Below, in pieces: positions 17,265 through 27,446 of a stretch of 64,000 bases of DNA. The stretch spans positions 1,679,338 to 1,743,337 of the forward strand of contig CAVQBD010000009.1 in NCBI GenBank assembly GCA_963710645.1. The letters run 5' to 3'. Within the stretch, counting starts at the first letter, position 1, and the number at the start of each line of letters is the position of its first letter. The stretch is from an uncultured Holophagae bacterium (GTDB lineage Bacteria; Acidobacteriota; Thermoanaerobaculia; Thermoanaerobaculales; Sulfomarinibacteraceae). The position numbers were made by a program, and so were the translations under genes. The notes under the pieces were generated by a model, which saw only the letters and a program-made list of their open reading frames with translations, was not told the DNA's origin and did not search any database.

Positions 17265-19220
17265 ATGCAAGATCTTCTGTTCCGGGTGGTGCCCATGTCT
17301 GATGCTCGTTCCCGTCGCCGACGCCCCTGCCCGTGGTGGGTCTCGGTCCTGGCTTCGCTGGCCCTGGCAGCGGTGCTTGCGTCGTTCACCGGCTGCGGTC
17401 GGAGTGCGCCACCACCCGATCTCAGCCTGCTGCTGATCACTCTCGACACCACTCGTGCCGACGTGCTCGGTTGCTATGGCGGCACCGAAGCGAACACGCC
17501 GAACTTGGATCGGCTGGCGGCAGAGGGGGTCCGGTTCGACAGGTGCACGGCGTGCACGCCGCTGACGGCGCCGTCCCACGCGACCATCATGACCGGCACC
17601 TGGCCCATGATCCACAAGGTGCGGGCCAATGGTGTGGGGAAGCTGTCTGATTCGGCGACCACCCTGGCCGAGGCCCTTCTGGCCCGGGGTTTCGCCACGC
17701 GAGCGGTTGTGGCGTCATTTGTCGTCAAGCGGATGTTCGGTCTGGCGCAGGGGTTCGAGGTCTATGACGAGCGGATGCCGCTTGCGGAGCCGAGACGACC
17801 GGCTCTCGAAAGGCCCGCCGATCTGGTTGCCGACGCCGCCATCTCAAACCTCCGCGATGTGGCGGGCAGCCCATTCTTCATGTGGGTTCATTTCTACGAT
17901 GCCCACCATCCCTACGTGTCGACCACCGGGAAGAGCCCGGACTCCCGAGAGGCCTACGTGGAGGAGATCGAGTCGGTGGACCGGCAGCTGGGTCGAATTC
18001 TGGCGGTCGTCGATGCGCTGGGAATCGCGGACACCACCGCCGTGGTGGCGGTGGGCGACCACGGCGAGGGATTGGGCGACCACGGTGAGTTCGACCATGG
18101 TTTCTTCCTGTATGAGACGACCCAGCACGTGCCGCTGATCATCAAGGTGCCGGGCTGGACAGCGGCGGGCCGAAGCGTATCGGCCAGGGTCCGAACCGTG
18201 GACGTGGCGCCCACCCTGCTCGAGCTTGCCGGAGTCGCTCTCCCGGAGATCATGCAGGGGAAGAGCCTCGTCACCATGCTCGCCGAGCCCGAGGCCGGCG
18301 TGGACCGTGCCGCCTACTCCGAGGCGTGGCAGGCGCACGATGCATTCTTGATGGCACCTCTGCGCGGTCTGCACCAGGGGGACTGGAAGCTGGTGGACGC
18401 GCCGGAACCCATGCTCTTCGACCTGTCGGCGGATCCGGATGAAGCAGAGAACGTGGCGGCATCAGAGCGGGATCGCGTGGCCGTCATGCGGCGGGCCCTG
18501 GATGAGCTCCCGCGAACGGGTGCCCACGGTGGGTCGGGCGAAGGCCTCGCCATCACCGACGAGACCGCCGCTGCGCTGGACGCCCTCGGTTACACGGCGG
18601 CCGAGGCCGACGCGTCAAGGTCCGTAACTGGGGCGAATCCTCTTCGCCACATCGAGACCATCGAAAAATTCGCGCTGACCACCCGGTTGATGACCACCGA
18701 TCCCGAGCGCGCGAAACAACTGCTCACCGAGGTGGTGCTCGAATACCCAGACGCGCCCGGACCGTTTTTCAGACAGATGCGGCTCCTCATGACAAAAAGA
18801 GCCGACGACGGGAGGATTGGATTCTGCCGGGAGGTGATCACGGCCCGGCCGGAGTCCAAGCTGCCGCGTTTGCACCTGGCGCAGCTCCTCGTGCGTGGGG
18901 GGCAGATCGACGACGGCATCGGTGAGCTCGAGCTGCTGCTGGTGCAGGCGCCGGATGACGCCGCTGGATATCTCGAGTTGGGTAGGGTGCTGCTCGGAGT
19001 GGGTGACACCGAAGGCGCTCGCGGCCATCTCGAAACGGCGCGCCGGTTGGCCCCCCGAGACGTGGCCGTGCTGATTGCCCTCGCCCGGGTGGACTCCGCC
19101 GAAGGGAATCTGGAGGCGGCGGCTGCGACTCTGGAGGCTGCCCGTGAGATCGAGCCCGATTCCATGGCGGTGCGCGCGGAGCGTGCCAGCCTAGATCGTG
19201 TGCTGTCAGAGACCTCCTGA
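17265..19220 (+). CDS. Lipoprotein, sulfatase-like (alkaline-phosphatase superfamily) domain fused to C-terminal TPR repeats (paralog 1)
   Basis: LITLDTTRADVLGCYGG, TAPSHATIMTG (17565..17579) and GDHGEGLGDHGE blocks, followed by about 200 aa of TPR. Cys-containing signal (LASFTGC). Start ATG 17265 or 17295. The first 290 codons or so of the 942-aa track ORF are an antisense shadow of 16170..16955. Confidence 0.85.
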   Translation: MQDLLFRVVPMSDARSRRRRPCPWWVSVLASLALAAVLASFTGCGRSAPPPDLSLLLITLDTTRADVLGCYGGTEANTPNLDRLAAEGVRFDRCTACTPLTAPSHATIMTGTWPMIHKVRANGVGKLSDSATTLAEALLARGFATRAVVASFVVKRMFGLAQGFEVYDERMPLAEPRRPALERPADLVADAAISNLRDVAGSPFFMWVHFYDAHHPYVSTTGKSPDSREAYVEEIESVDRQLGRILAVVDALGIADTTAVVAVGDHGEGLGDHGEFDHGFFLYETTQHVPLIIKVPGWTAAGRSVSARVRTVDVAPTLLELAGVALPEIMQGKSLVTMLAEPEAGVDRAAYSEAWQAHDAFLMAPLRGLHQGDWKLVDAPEPMLFDLSADPDEAENVAASERDRVAVMRRALDELPRTGAHGGSGEGLAITDETAAALDALGYTAAEADASRSVTGANPLRHIETIEKFALTTRLMTTDPERAKQLLTEVVLEYPDAPGPFFRQMRLLMTKRADDGRIGFCREVITARPESKLPRLHLAQLLVRGGQIDDGIGELELLLVQAPDDAAGYLELGRVLLGVGDTEGARGHLETARRLAPRDVAVLIALARVDSAEGNLEAAAATLEAAREIEPDSMAVRAERASLDRVLSETS

Positions 19221-19244
19221 AATCCCAACGAATCAGCCACTCAT

Positions 19245-19276
19245 CCGGGACCCGTCCGGGACCCGTCCGGGACCGC
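19245..19276. repeat. Tandem 11-mer TCCGGGACCCG x about 3
   Basis: Read directly in the convergent intergenic region: tccgggacccg tccgggacccg tccgggaccg. Confidence 0.8.
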
Positions 19277-19328
19277 CAACAGCTGGGTGCTGGCCGTCGT
19301 AGCCGCCCAGTCGTCCGGATCAAAGGTC

Positions 19329-19359
19329 AAAAAAACGCCCCGGCGCGTGGCCGGGGCGT
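19329..19359 (-). terminator. Rho-independent terminator for 19384..20469
   Basis: 9-10 bp GC stem (ACGCCCCGG / CCGGGGCGT) with a 5-7 nt loop. Read on the minus strand, it is followed by T7 (A-tract 19329..19335 on plus). It starts about 25 nt past the stop codon. Confidence 0.6.
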
Positions 19360-19383
19360 CGTGGTTGTTGATGATGACCGGTG

Positions 19384-20469
19384 TTACTCGATTGTGATGT
19401 ACTGCAGATCCACCGGCACGGTGTCGCAGGTCACGGTGAGTGTGTACTCGGTCGGGCAGTCGAAATAGGGTGCGCCGAAGTGCTGGGGACCGACCCAGAT
19501 CCAGTTGTCGCCGGCCACGCCGTTGATCACCATCTCGCCGGTTCCGGCGCAGCTGGTTTGATCGAGTTGCTGATTCACTGCTACGGTATTGCAGTCGCCG
19601 GAAGTGAGGTCGAAGAGGAAGAGATCCGCCTCGGAGGTGAGGGTCACACGGACGGTGTCGGCCACCGGCAGGTTCAGGTTGAACCAGTCGGTGTCGCGAG
19701 AGTCTACGGGCTCGGTGGTGGTGAAGGTCGAAGTGGTGCCGCAGATCACTGTGTTACATGCGATTTCGACGAAATAGCCCCCGGCAGGGTCGGTGTTGCA
19801 GCCACCGGTGGGATCCGGGCCGACGTCGGTATTGCCGCACACGATATCCAAGGGATGCTCGTCGAGGTCCTGGTCACCCGGGCACGGGCACTCCTGGACG
19901 GCGAATTCTTCGACCATGAGGGTGTAGTTGCCCTCATTGCTGCCATAACCGTCCACCACGAAGTAGTAGGTGTTGCCGGCGGTGAGATCAGCCGTCAGCT
20001 CAGAAACGTAGAAGCCGTACTGCGGCGCCGAACAGGCGTCATCGACGCAGTTGGTCACCGTTCCCGGGCAGGTGTTCTCGTACACGTAGAGCTTCGTGTC
20101 GTAGTCGGTGTTGGTGCCCGGGGTGCACAGCGACGCGAACACCGTCATGTTCGTTGCGGGGGTGTAGGAGTACACCACGTCCGGGGCGACGCTGCCGGTG
20201 TAGGGGCAGGCCTCATCGTAGTCGTTGGCGTAGCCTGAAGTGGTTCCGCTGACCGTGGCCGGCAGGGTGCCGAGACTCACCGCCGCGGCACAGGTGTCAC
20301 CGCCCTGGAATTCGCTGAAGATAGGCGGATTGCCCAGGCTGCCCGGCCCCGCGATCTTGACGGCCGCCACGTTGCTCGTGCTGATCGCGCCACCCACGGC
20401 GGCGGTCACCACGACGGCGACGGCGATCGTAGTCGCTGCCATGATCCCCAATTTCACATACTTGCTCAT
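19384..20469 (-). CDS. Secreted Cys-rich protein with two pre-peptidase-C-terminal-like modules, ending in VPVDLQYITIE
   Basis: 361 aa from ATG 20469 (SD GGAGGAG). N-terminal hydrophobic signal or anchor (KLGIMAATTIAVAVVVTAAVGGA). Blocks GDTCAAAVSLGTLP..GYANDYDEAC..DVVYSYTP..YDTKLYVYE..DDAC..YYFVVDGYGSNEGNYTL. The track ORF extends 61 codons further upstream. Confidence 0.75.
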   Translation of the reverse strand: MSKYVKLGIMAATTIAVAVVVTAAVGGAISTSNVAAVKIAGPGSLGNPPIFSEFQGGDTCAAAVSLGTLPATVSGTTSGYANDYDEACPYTGSVAPDVVYSYTPATNMTVFASLCTPGTNTDYDTKLYVYENTCPGTVTNCVDDACSAPQYGFYVSELTADLTAGNTYYFVVDGYGSNEGNYTLMVEEFAVQECPCPGDQDLDEHPLDIVCGNTDVGPDPTGGCNTDPAGGYFVEIACNTVICGTTSTFTTTEPVDSRDTDWFNLNLPVADTVRVTLTSEADLFLFDLTSGDCNTVAVNQQLDQTSCAGTGEMVINGVAGDNWIWVGPQHFGAPYFDCPTEYTLTVTCDTVPVDLQYITIE

Positions 20470-20763
20470 CGACTCCTCCTTCATATAGTAGATTCGGCCG
20501 TCTGACCGAACTGAATTTCGCGTGAACATCCCTCCACGCACGCCCGACACGGCGGGATAAGTTTCTTGAGACCGATGCTCAAATAAGTCCCGCAGAATGA
20601 GACACCTAGTGAAGGCTATCACAACTTTGATGCAATGTGTGATGCGGGTCACGATGACACGTTGACGTCGATACGACCCCGTCCGCAGCGGGTCGCGTTG
20701 CTACACTCCGTTCTGGATCCGGCGCTGCGGAGTGTGTGGTGTGCCGCCCAGGGGGGTTCGCGA

Positions 20764-22869
20764 ATGAAATGGTCGTGGTTGCTGTTGGTGGGAGCGATGT
20801 GCATCGTGGCAAGTGGCTGTGGTGAAGAGACGGTGGCTCCTCCGGTCGCTAAGGTCGTGCCGTACTCACTCGAGGCGCATGGTGACCTTCGGATTGACGA
20901 TTATTACTGGCTCCAGGAGAGGAGTGATCCGGAGGTCATCGCCTATCTCGAGGCCGAAAACAACTACACCGAAGAGGTGATGGCCTCGAGCGCCGAGCTG
21001 CGCGAGACCCTGTTCGAGGAAATCAAGGGGCGGATCAAGCAGGACGATGACACGGTGCCCTATCCCTATCGTGGCAGCCACTACTACACGAGATTCGTAG
21101 AAGGGCAGGACTATCCCATTCACTGCAGGAGGGTGGGCAATCTCGAGGCCGCCGAAGAGGTGATGCTCGACGTCAACCAGGTCGCCGCCGGCCACGAGTT
21201 CTGCGCGGTGAGCGGGCAGCGGATCAGCCCCGGTGGCGGCGTGCTCGCCTACCCGGTGGATCTGGTGGGTCGTCGCAAGTACACCATCCGGTTCAGGGAG
21301 CTCGGCAGCGGACGCGATCTGCCGGACGCCCTCGAAGAGGTGACGGACAATCTGGTGTGGGCCAACGATGACCGGACTGTCTTTTACGTCAAACAGGACC
21401 CCGTCACCCTTCGGGCGTTCCAGGTGTATCGCCACCTTCTCGGATCCGATCCCGCCCGCGACGAGCTGGTCTACCAGGAGGAGGACGACACCTTCAGCGT
21501 CTCACTCCGGAAGACGAGATCGGAACGGTTCATTCTGGTGGAGTCGGAGCAGACCCTCAGCACCGAGGTGCGGGCCCTGGACGCGGACCTGCCGGATTCA
21601 GAACTCCTTCTGATCCAACCGCGAGAGCGCGATCTGGAGTACCACGTCGCCCATCAGGGTGATAAATGGCTGATCCGAACCAATCTGGATGCCGTTAACT
21701 TTCGTCTGGTGGAGGCTCCCGTCGACGACCCGGGTCGGGAGAACTGGCGCGAGCTGGTTGGAAACCGGGACGATGTCTTTCTGTCCAGGGTGGATGCCTT
21801 TGCCGACCACCTCGTGGTGACCGAGAGGCGCGACGGTCTGCGGCGGCTCAGGATCCTCCCGGTCGACGGCAGCGAGCCCTACGAGATCACCTTCGACCAC
21901 CCCGCTCCGGTGGTGTGGGTTCACACGAATAGGGTGTATGACACCCCGGTGCTGCGGTTTGGACTCGAGTCTCTCAATGTTCCCGAGTCGGTCTACGCCT
22001 TCGACACCAAGACTCGCGAGCAGACCCTGCTCAAACAAAAAAAGGTGCTCGGGGGTTTTGATGAGAACGGCTACATCGTGGAGCGCCTGGCCGCACCCGC
22101 CCGTGACGGGGTCGAGGTTCCCATCTCCCTCGTCTACCGGCGGGGCCTGGTCACCGACGGCTCCAACCCGCTCCTGCTCTATGCCTACGGCTCCTACGGT
22201 TTGAGCACGGATCCCTGGTTCAAGCCGGAGGTCATCAGTCTGCTCGACCGTGGCTTTGTTTATGCCATCGCCCACGTCCGTGGTGGTCAGGAGCTTGGCC
22301 GGTGGTGGTACGAGAACGGCAAGCTGCTCCACAAGAAGAACACCTTTACGGACTTCATCGACTGTGCTCGTTATCTGGCCGAGGAGGGGTACACCGCCCC
22401 TGGTAAGGTCTTTGCACAAGGAGGTTCGGCGGGTGGTCTGCTGATGGGTGCCGTGGCCAACATGGCGCCGGAGATCTTTGCGGGGATCATCGCGCGGGTC
22501 CCGTGGATGGATGTGGTGACCTGCATGCTCGATCACTCGATCCCCCTGACCACCTCCGAGTTCGACGAGTGGGGCAACCCCGAGCAGCGGGAGTATTACG
22601 ACTACATGCTGTCCTACTCGCCCTACGACAATGTCAGGGCCATGGCCTACCCCAATATCCTAGTGACCGCAGGTCTGCACGACTCGCAGGTCCAGTACTG
22701 GGAAGCCGCCAAGTGGGTGGCGAAGCTCAGGGCCACCAAGACCGACGACAATCTTCTGCTGCTCAAGACCGACATGAACTCAGGGCATGGCGGGCCGTCG
22801 GGCCGCTCCGAAGGCTATGAGGAGACCGCTCTGGTCTACGCCTTCATCCTGCAGGCCCTGGAGGGCTGA
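20764..22869 (+). CDS. ptrB: Oligopeptidase B (S9A prolyl-oligopeptidase family), lipoprotein-type signal
   Basis: HGDLRIDDYYWLQERSDPEVIAYLEAENNYT at the N-terminus. Catalytic Ser block GGSAGGLLMG. 701 aa. SD AGGGGGG. Signal MKWSWLLLVGAMCIVASGC. Confidence 0.9.
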   Translation: MKWSWLLLVGAMCIVASGCGEETVAPPVAKVVPYSLEAHGDLRIDDYYWLQERSDPEVIAYLEAENNYTEEVMASSAELRETLFEEIKGRIKQDDDTVPYPYRGSHYYTRFVEGQDYPIHCRRVGNLEAAEEVMLDVNQVAAGHEFCAVSGQRISPGGGVLAYPVDLVGRRKYTIRFRELGSGRDLPDALEEVTDNLVWANDDRTVFYVKQDPVTLRAFQVYRHLLGSDPARDELVYQEEDDTFSVSLRKTRSERFILVESEQTLSTEVRALDADLPDSELLLIQPRERDLEYHVAHQGDKWLIRTNLDAVNFRLVEAPVDDPGRENWRELVGNRDDVFLSRVDAFADHLVVTERRDGLRRLRILPVDGSEPYEITFDHPAPVVWVHTNRVYDTPVLRFGLESLNVPESVYAFDTKTREQTLLKQKKVLGGFDENGYIVERLAAPARDGVEVPISLVYRRGLVTDGSNPLLLYAYGSYGLSTDPWFKPEVISLLDRGFVYAIAHVRGGQELGRWWYENGKLLHKKNTFTDFIDCARYLAEEGYTAPGKVFAQGGSAGGLLMGAVANMAPEIFAGIIARVPWMDVVTCMLDHSIPLTTSEFDEWGNPEQREYYDYMLSYSPYDNVRAMAYPNILVTAGLHDSQVQYWEAAKWVAKLRATKTDDNLLLLKTDMNSGHGGPSGRSEGYEETALVYAFILQALEG

Positions 22870-22938
22870 TTCGGTCCCCTGTGGGCTTCCAGTCCCATAT
22901 CCGACGATCCCCCGCCGGCGTCCGGCTATACTCTCGGC

Positions 22939-25149
22939 GTGAAATCGATCAGGCTTATTGCAGCTTGGATCCTTGTTGCTGCCGGTTGTGCTGGTCCAGC
23001 CTCACCGCCCCCCAGCGTGTTGTTGGTCACGCTCGACACCACTCGCGCCGACCGACTCGGTTGCTACGGAAACCGAGGTGCCCTTACGCCCGTCTTGGAC
23101 AGGCTCGCCGCGAATGGTGTGCTGTTCAGCCGCGCGCTATGTCAAGCGCCCCTGACCCTGCCCTCGCACGCGTCGCTGCTGACGTCGACTCACCCTCCGT
23201 CCAACGGTCTGCGGATCAACGGTGGTGGTGTGCTATCCGAGGAATTGCCGACCCTTGCTGCTGTGCTTGAAACACGAGGCTTCCGCACCGGGGCTTTTGT
23301 CGGTGCTCTGGTCCTGGATTCGAACTTCGGCCTCGCCCGCGGCTTCGAGCGCTACGACGACAACATCCACCAGGATCCGCAGGGGCTGGCCGAGCGGCCC
23401 GCAAACCAGGTCGTGGATGCCGCCCTGCGTTGGCTGGATGGGCTGGACAGTCGCGAGCCGTTTCTGGCTTGGGTCCATTTTTTTGACCCCCACCACCCAT
23501 ACGAGCCACCACCGGGATTCCGGGATCTCCCTGATCCTTACGACGGCGAAATCGCGTTCACCGACGCGCAATTGAATCGTCTGGTGACCTGGCTCGACGC
23601 AAACGGCCGACGCGAGAACACCCTGATCGTGATTGCCGGAGATCATGGCGAGGCCTTCGAGGAGCACGGCGAGGCTCAGCACGGGCTGTTCCTCTACAAC
23701 CCGACCGTGCATGTTCCGTTGATTTTGTCGTGCCCTGAGTTGCTCCCCCAGGCGCAGGTGGTGTCATCTCATGTGGGCCTTGTGGACGTCATGCCGACGG
23801 TGCTCGACCTGATTGGCGTCGCGGCTCCGCCCGGTCTTGAGGGTTTTTCATTGGCGCCAGCGTGCCGCGGCGAGCCGTTCGCGGGCGAACCGGTTTACGC
23901 CGAATCCCGTTACCCGAGGGCGGCCTTCGGCTGGGCCCAGTTGCGCTCCTTGACCGCAGGTCGGCTGCGCTACATCGATGCCCCGTCCGAGGAGCTGTAC
24001 GACCTCGAGTCCGACCCTGGCGAGCTCCGCAACCTGGCTCCCGCACAGCCCGAATCAACCGCCGAAATGCGTGGGCTACTCGAGAAAGTCGCTGCGCGCA
24101 TGCGCCCCATGGACGCCAGCACAGCAGGGCTCGATCCTGGAGTGCTGCAGCGTCTTGCCAGCCTCGGGTACGTGACGCCGGCCGGTGACGACGGCTACTC
24201 GGACGAGGGTCGTCAAGACCCCAAGGACATGGTGGAGGTGTATCGCGCTTTCATGCGTGCACGAGCGTTTGCCGAAAGAGGGGAACACGCCGACGTGGTG
24301 CGTCTCCTGGAGCCACCCTTACGAGAGAACCCCGATTCGGGTGCGATGCAGTCACTGTTGGGAAAGGCCTACGCAGCTTTAGGGCGGCACGACGAGGCAC
24401 GCCTGGCATTTCGCGCAAGCCTCGACAGTCGGCCCGACGACCCGGACAGCTGGTGTGGACTTGGTGACGCGTTGTTTGCCCTCGGCCACCGGAAGCAGGG
24501 GTTTGATTGTTATCGGCAAGCCCTCGATGTCGCCCCCGAACATGCGCCGGCCCACAGCCGTCTGGGGAGGTGGTACGCGGAATCTGGCGATTTTGAAACC
24601 GCCTATGTTCACTTTCGCTATGACGCCGACCTGCGTCCGGGGTCACCCAATGCACTGACAAACCTCGCCAACGTGGAGCTTGCCCGTGGCCGCCACGGCG
24701 AGGCCGTTGTCTTGGCGCAGCAGGCGCTCGAGCTCGATCAGGGGTATGTGCCCGCCCACTCCGTTCTCTGGCGTGCACTGGAGGGAGCCGGCGATCGCGC
24801 CGCCGCCATTGCCGCCCTGCGCAGGGCGCACGAGGTTCTTCCGAACAACGTGGTTCTCTCGCGTTCGCTCGCGTGGCTGCTGGCGACCACTCCCGATTTG
24901 ACTCCCATGGACCGCGCCGTCGCTCGAGAGCTCGCACTCGCTTGCGACTCTGCGCTGCCCGACGATCCCGCGACTCTCGACGTGCTCGCCGCCGCTGAGG
25001 CGGCGGTCGGCGATGTGAAGCTCGCTCAGGACATCGCCATGCGTGCCCACGCACTGGCGGTGGCGAGCGGAAATGGACAATTGGCCGCCGGGATCCAACA
25101 ACGGCTTGATCTGTACCGAGCAGGCAGCGCCGTGTTCACGGCTCGATGA
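22939..25149 (+). CDS. Lipoprotein, sulfatase-like domain fused to C-terminal TPR repeats (paralog 2)
   Basis: GTG start. Signal MKSIRLIAAWILVAAGC. LVTLDTTRADRLGCYGN, TLPSHASLLTS (23155..23169) and GDHGEAFEEHGE blocks. About 270 aa of C-terminal TPR. Confidence 0.85.
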   Translation: MKSIRLIAAWILVAAGCAGPASPPPSVLLVTLDTTRADRLGCYGNRGALTPVLDRLAANGVLFSRALCQAPLTLPSHASLLTSTHPPSNGLRINGGGVLSEELPTLAAVLETRGFRTGAFVGALVLDSNFGLARGFERYDDNIHQDPQGLAERPANQVVDAALRWLDGLDSREPFLAWVHFFDPHHPYEPPPGFRDLPDPYDGEIAFTDAQLNRLVTWLDANGRRENTLIVIAGDHGEAFEEHGEAQHGLFLYNPTVHVPLILSCPELLPQAQVVSSHVGLVDVMPTVLDLIGVAAPPGLEGFSLAPACRGEPFAGEPVYAESRYPRAAFGWAQLRSLTAGRLRYIDAPSEELYDLESDPGELRNLAPAQPESTAEMRGLLEKVAARMRPMDASTAGLDPGVLQRLASLGYVTPAGDDGYSDEGRQDPKDMVEVYRAFMRARAFAERGEHADVVRLLEPPLRENPDSGAMQSLLGKAYAALGRHDEARLAFRASLDSRPDDPDSWCGLGDALFALGHRKQGFDCYRQALDVAPEHAPAHSRLGRWYAESGDFETAYVHFRYDADLRPGSPNALTNLANVELARGRHGEAVVLAQQALELDQGYVPAHSVLWRALEGAGDRAAAIAALRRAHEVLPNNVVLSRSLAWLLATTPDLTPMDRAVARELALACDSALPDDPATLDVLAAAEAAVGDVKLAQDIAMRAHALAVASGNGQLAAGIQQRLDLYRAGSAVFTAR

Positions 25150-25368
25150 GGGGTGTGCTGTGCAGACCGATTCGTTTTATTTTGCCGATTGTGGCCCTCG
25201 CCCATCCAGCCCAGGTCGTTGGTCTTCAGGATCAGGTCCAGCGACGTCTCTGAAGGGGATGGAGACTTGACCATCGATGCCCGAATCGAAGAACGGGGCC
25301 GGAAAGGCCCCGACTCGGAGAATAATTTGATCTGTCCCTGGCGGGCGAACCCTGGTCTTGTCTGAAGC

Positions 25369-25955
25369 CTACTCCAGGTGGAAAGACTGCAGCTCAACGG
25401 GCACCGTGGCGCCGGAAACATAGACGCCGGCCATGACATCGAGGTTGTAGCCGGCAAGCCATGTGGAGTCCGGATAAACCCTGGTGGCGGTGAAGACCGG
25501 ATTCGCAATGAATGAACAGTAGTTCTGACCAGCGCCTGCACCACCGGACTTGAGCCCGATCTGGTTGCCCCACGCCTGGAGGATCAGAAGTCCGGCCGCG
25601 ATGCGCTCGCCGGCCACCATGGAATAGCCGCCCGATCCAGTCCAGCCCCACATACTCCGTCCGCCGATGAGGCCAGTGGCGTAGGGGCTTGTTCGGGTGC
25701 CCACAGTGCTGAAGGGAGTCGACAGGGTCCCTGTCCCGAGCCAGCTACCGGCGTTCTTGCCGAGGGCGAGCCAGTTGAAGGTGGTCGGTTGGCCGGTCCC
25801 CTGGGCCTGGTTGGCCCACATGCCCGTGATTCGGAAGACGGGATACCATTGACTCGGAATATCCGATGAGTCGAAGCAATTGCCCATGAACCCACCGTTG
25901 AGAGCCGTACCGGTGCCGTACCAGAGGTAGTCGTCTGCCGGAAAAACACCGGGCC
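25369..25955 (-). pseudogene. 5'-truncated fragment of a Gly/Trp-rich secreted protein ending VPVELQSFHLE
   Basis: About 190 coding-like codons run up to roughly 25950. There is no signal peptide and no SD-linked start; the only internal ATG is at 25887. Upstream of about 25950 the ORF text loses coding character and overlaps the 5' end of the plus-strand gene. Confidence 0.45.
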
Positions 25956-25997
25956 ATCGCACCAGAGGAAAGCCACGAAGAGTGGGCCGAGAATCAC

Positions 25998-27446
25998 TTG
26001 CGCAGAATCGGCCTCGAGCGAATTCTGCTGGCCAGCGAAGCAGCCCAGCGCATCGAGGCATCTCCGGAGCTGGCGGCATTTCGAACATGGTCCAGGTCCG
26101 AGCTGCTGGCGGACGGCCTCCTCTCCCAGATCTCGCAGGGATGGCAACCCAGTCAGGAGGAGTTCGCAGAGATCACTACTGAGATGGCCAGTCGATCCGA
26201 CATGAGGGTCCTCTACAACTTCCATCACATATTTTTCCGCACTGATCGGGCATTGACGCCAGCCGAGGAGCGGGCCATTCGCCGTCGGGCCCTCGAGGCG
26301 GTGGATCGTGCAAGCGCAGGGGACGACTTCGAGGTGTTGGTCCGGGAGTACTCCGAGTCGGAAGATGCGCAACGGGGCGGTGAGCTGAAGAACATCCACC
26401 CCTCGATGCTTGAAGATGAGGCTGCCCAGGAGTTGTCAAAGATGTCCGAAACCGAGATCAGCTCGGTGGTGGAGACCAGGACGGGGCTTCACATATTCCG
26501 GCTGGATCGACGTCTCGAGACCGAGCCGCTGCCCCCGGAAAGTCTCGAGAAATCCGCCCGCCGCCTGCTGGTGCGGCGCCATGCCGAGCAGGCACGGGCC
26601 GAGCTCTTGGGTGACCTTCATGAACGAGGGACGGTGGACACCAGCGGGCCGGTTTGGACGGTTGGTGACTGGGAGATCGATGAGACGACTGTGGATCTCA
26701 TGGCTGAGATCGGCGGCCTTCCGAGCCAGGTGTTCCGGGAGCATCTCACCGATCAGCTGCTGCTTGCCCAGGAGGCGGTTGACCGCGGTTTGGACACTCC
26801 CCATTTCGACGTCGAGTTTGAACGATCCATGCAGGCTGTGGTCTTCGAGCGCTCCTTCCGAGAGCGGCGCCAGGAGGTGGTCCAGGAGTTGGCGGGAGAG
26901 CGGCTCAGGGAGTTGTACGACGCGCAGCCCTCGCGCTTCAACGAGAACGAACGTGCGCGAATTGAGCTCATCTTCATTCCCCAGGGCCAAGACTCGTTCA
27001 CCTCCCAACGATGGGTTGAAGATCTGGTTGCCGAACTTCGCGCCGGCGGGTCGTTTGCGGACGCCGCCCGCGATCACTCACAGGGGCCGCAGGCGGACAA
27101 CGGTGGTGACCTGGGATTTCTCGACCGACCGGAGTGGGGCTATCTTGGGCCCGCGGTATTCGAAGCCCTGGAATCGCTCGAGCCCGGGCAGATCTCGGAT
27201 CCCATCTACTGCACGGATAAGGTTTTGGCCCAACCGGGCGTGTTGCGCGGAGGATTTGCCATCATCCGGGTTTCTGAGAGGCAGCCGGAGCGAAGCAGGA
27301 CCTTTGAGGAAGCCTTCGACGACGTGCGCCGAGCCTGGGTGGTCCAACATCGCGAAGAAATCAACGAGGTGGTCCTCGATGACATCTTGACCGAGGGAGG
27401 CTTCCGGATCATTCGTCTGCCCACGGCCGAGGAGCTCCAGACGTGA
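25998..27446 (+). CDS. PpiC/parvulin-type peptidyl-prolyl isomerase with two PPIase domains, apparently 5'-truncated
   Basis: Domain 1: HHIFFRT..DFEVLVREYSESEDAQRGGEL..GLHIFRLD. Domain 2: IFIPQG..SFADAARDHSQGPQADNGGDLGFL..GGFAIIRV. Only a TTG start is available, with no signal peptide or TM, and the frame stays open and coding-like upstream to about 25960. Its stop overlaps the next start (GTGA). Confidence 0.75.
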   Translation: MRRIGLERILLASEAAQRIEASPELAAFRTWSRSELLADGLLSQISQGWQPSQEEFAEITTEMASRSDMRVLYNFHHIFFRTDRALTPAEERAIRRRALEAVDRASAGDDFEVLVREYSESEDAQRGGELKNIHPSMLEDEAAQELSKMSETEISSVVETRTGLHIFRLDRRLETEPLPPESLEKSARRLLVRRHAEQARAELLGDLHERGTVDTSGPVWTVGDWEIDETTVDLMAEIGGLPSQVFREHLTDQLLLAQEAVDRGLDTPHFDVEFERSMQAVVFERSFRERRQEVVQELAGERLRELYDAQPSRFNENERARIELIFIPQGQDSFTSQRWVEDLVAELRAGGSFADAARDHSQGPQADNGGDLGFLDRPEWGYLGPAVFEALESLEPGQISDPIYCTDKVLAQPGVLRGGFAIIRVSERQPERSRTFEEAFDDVRRAWVVQHREEINEVVLDDILTEGGFRIIRLPTAEELQT

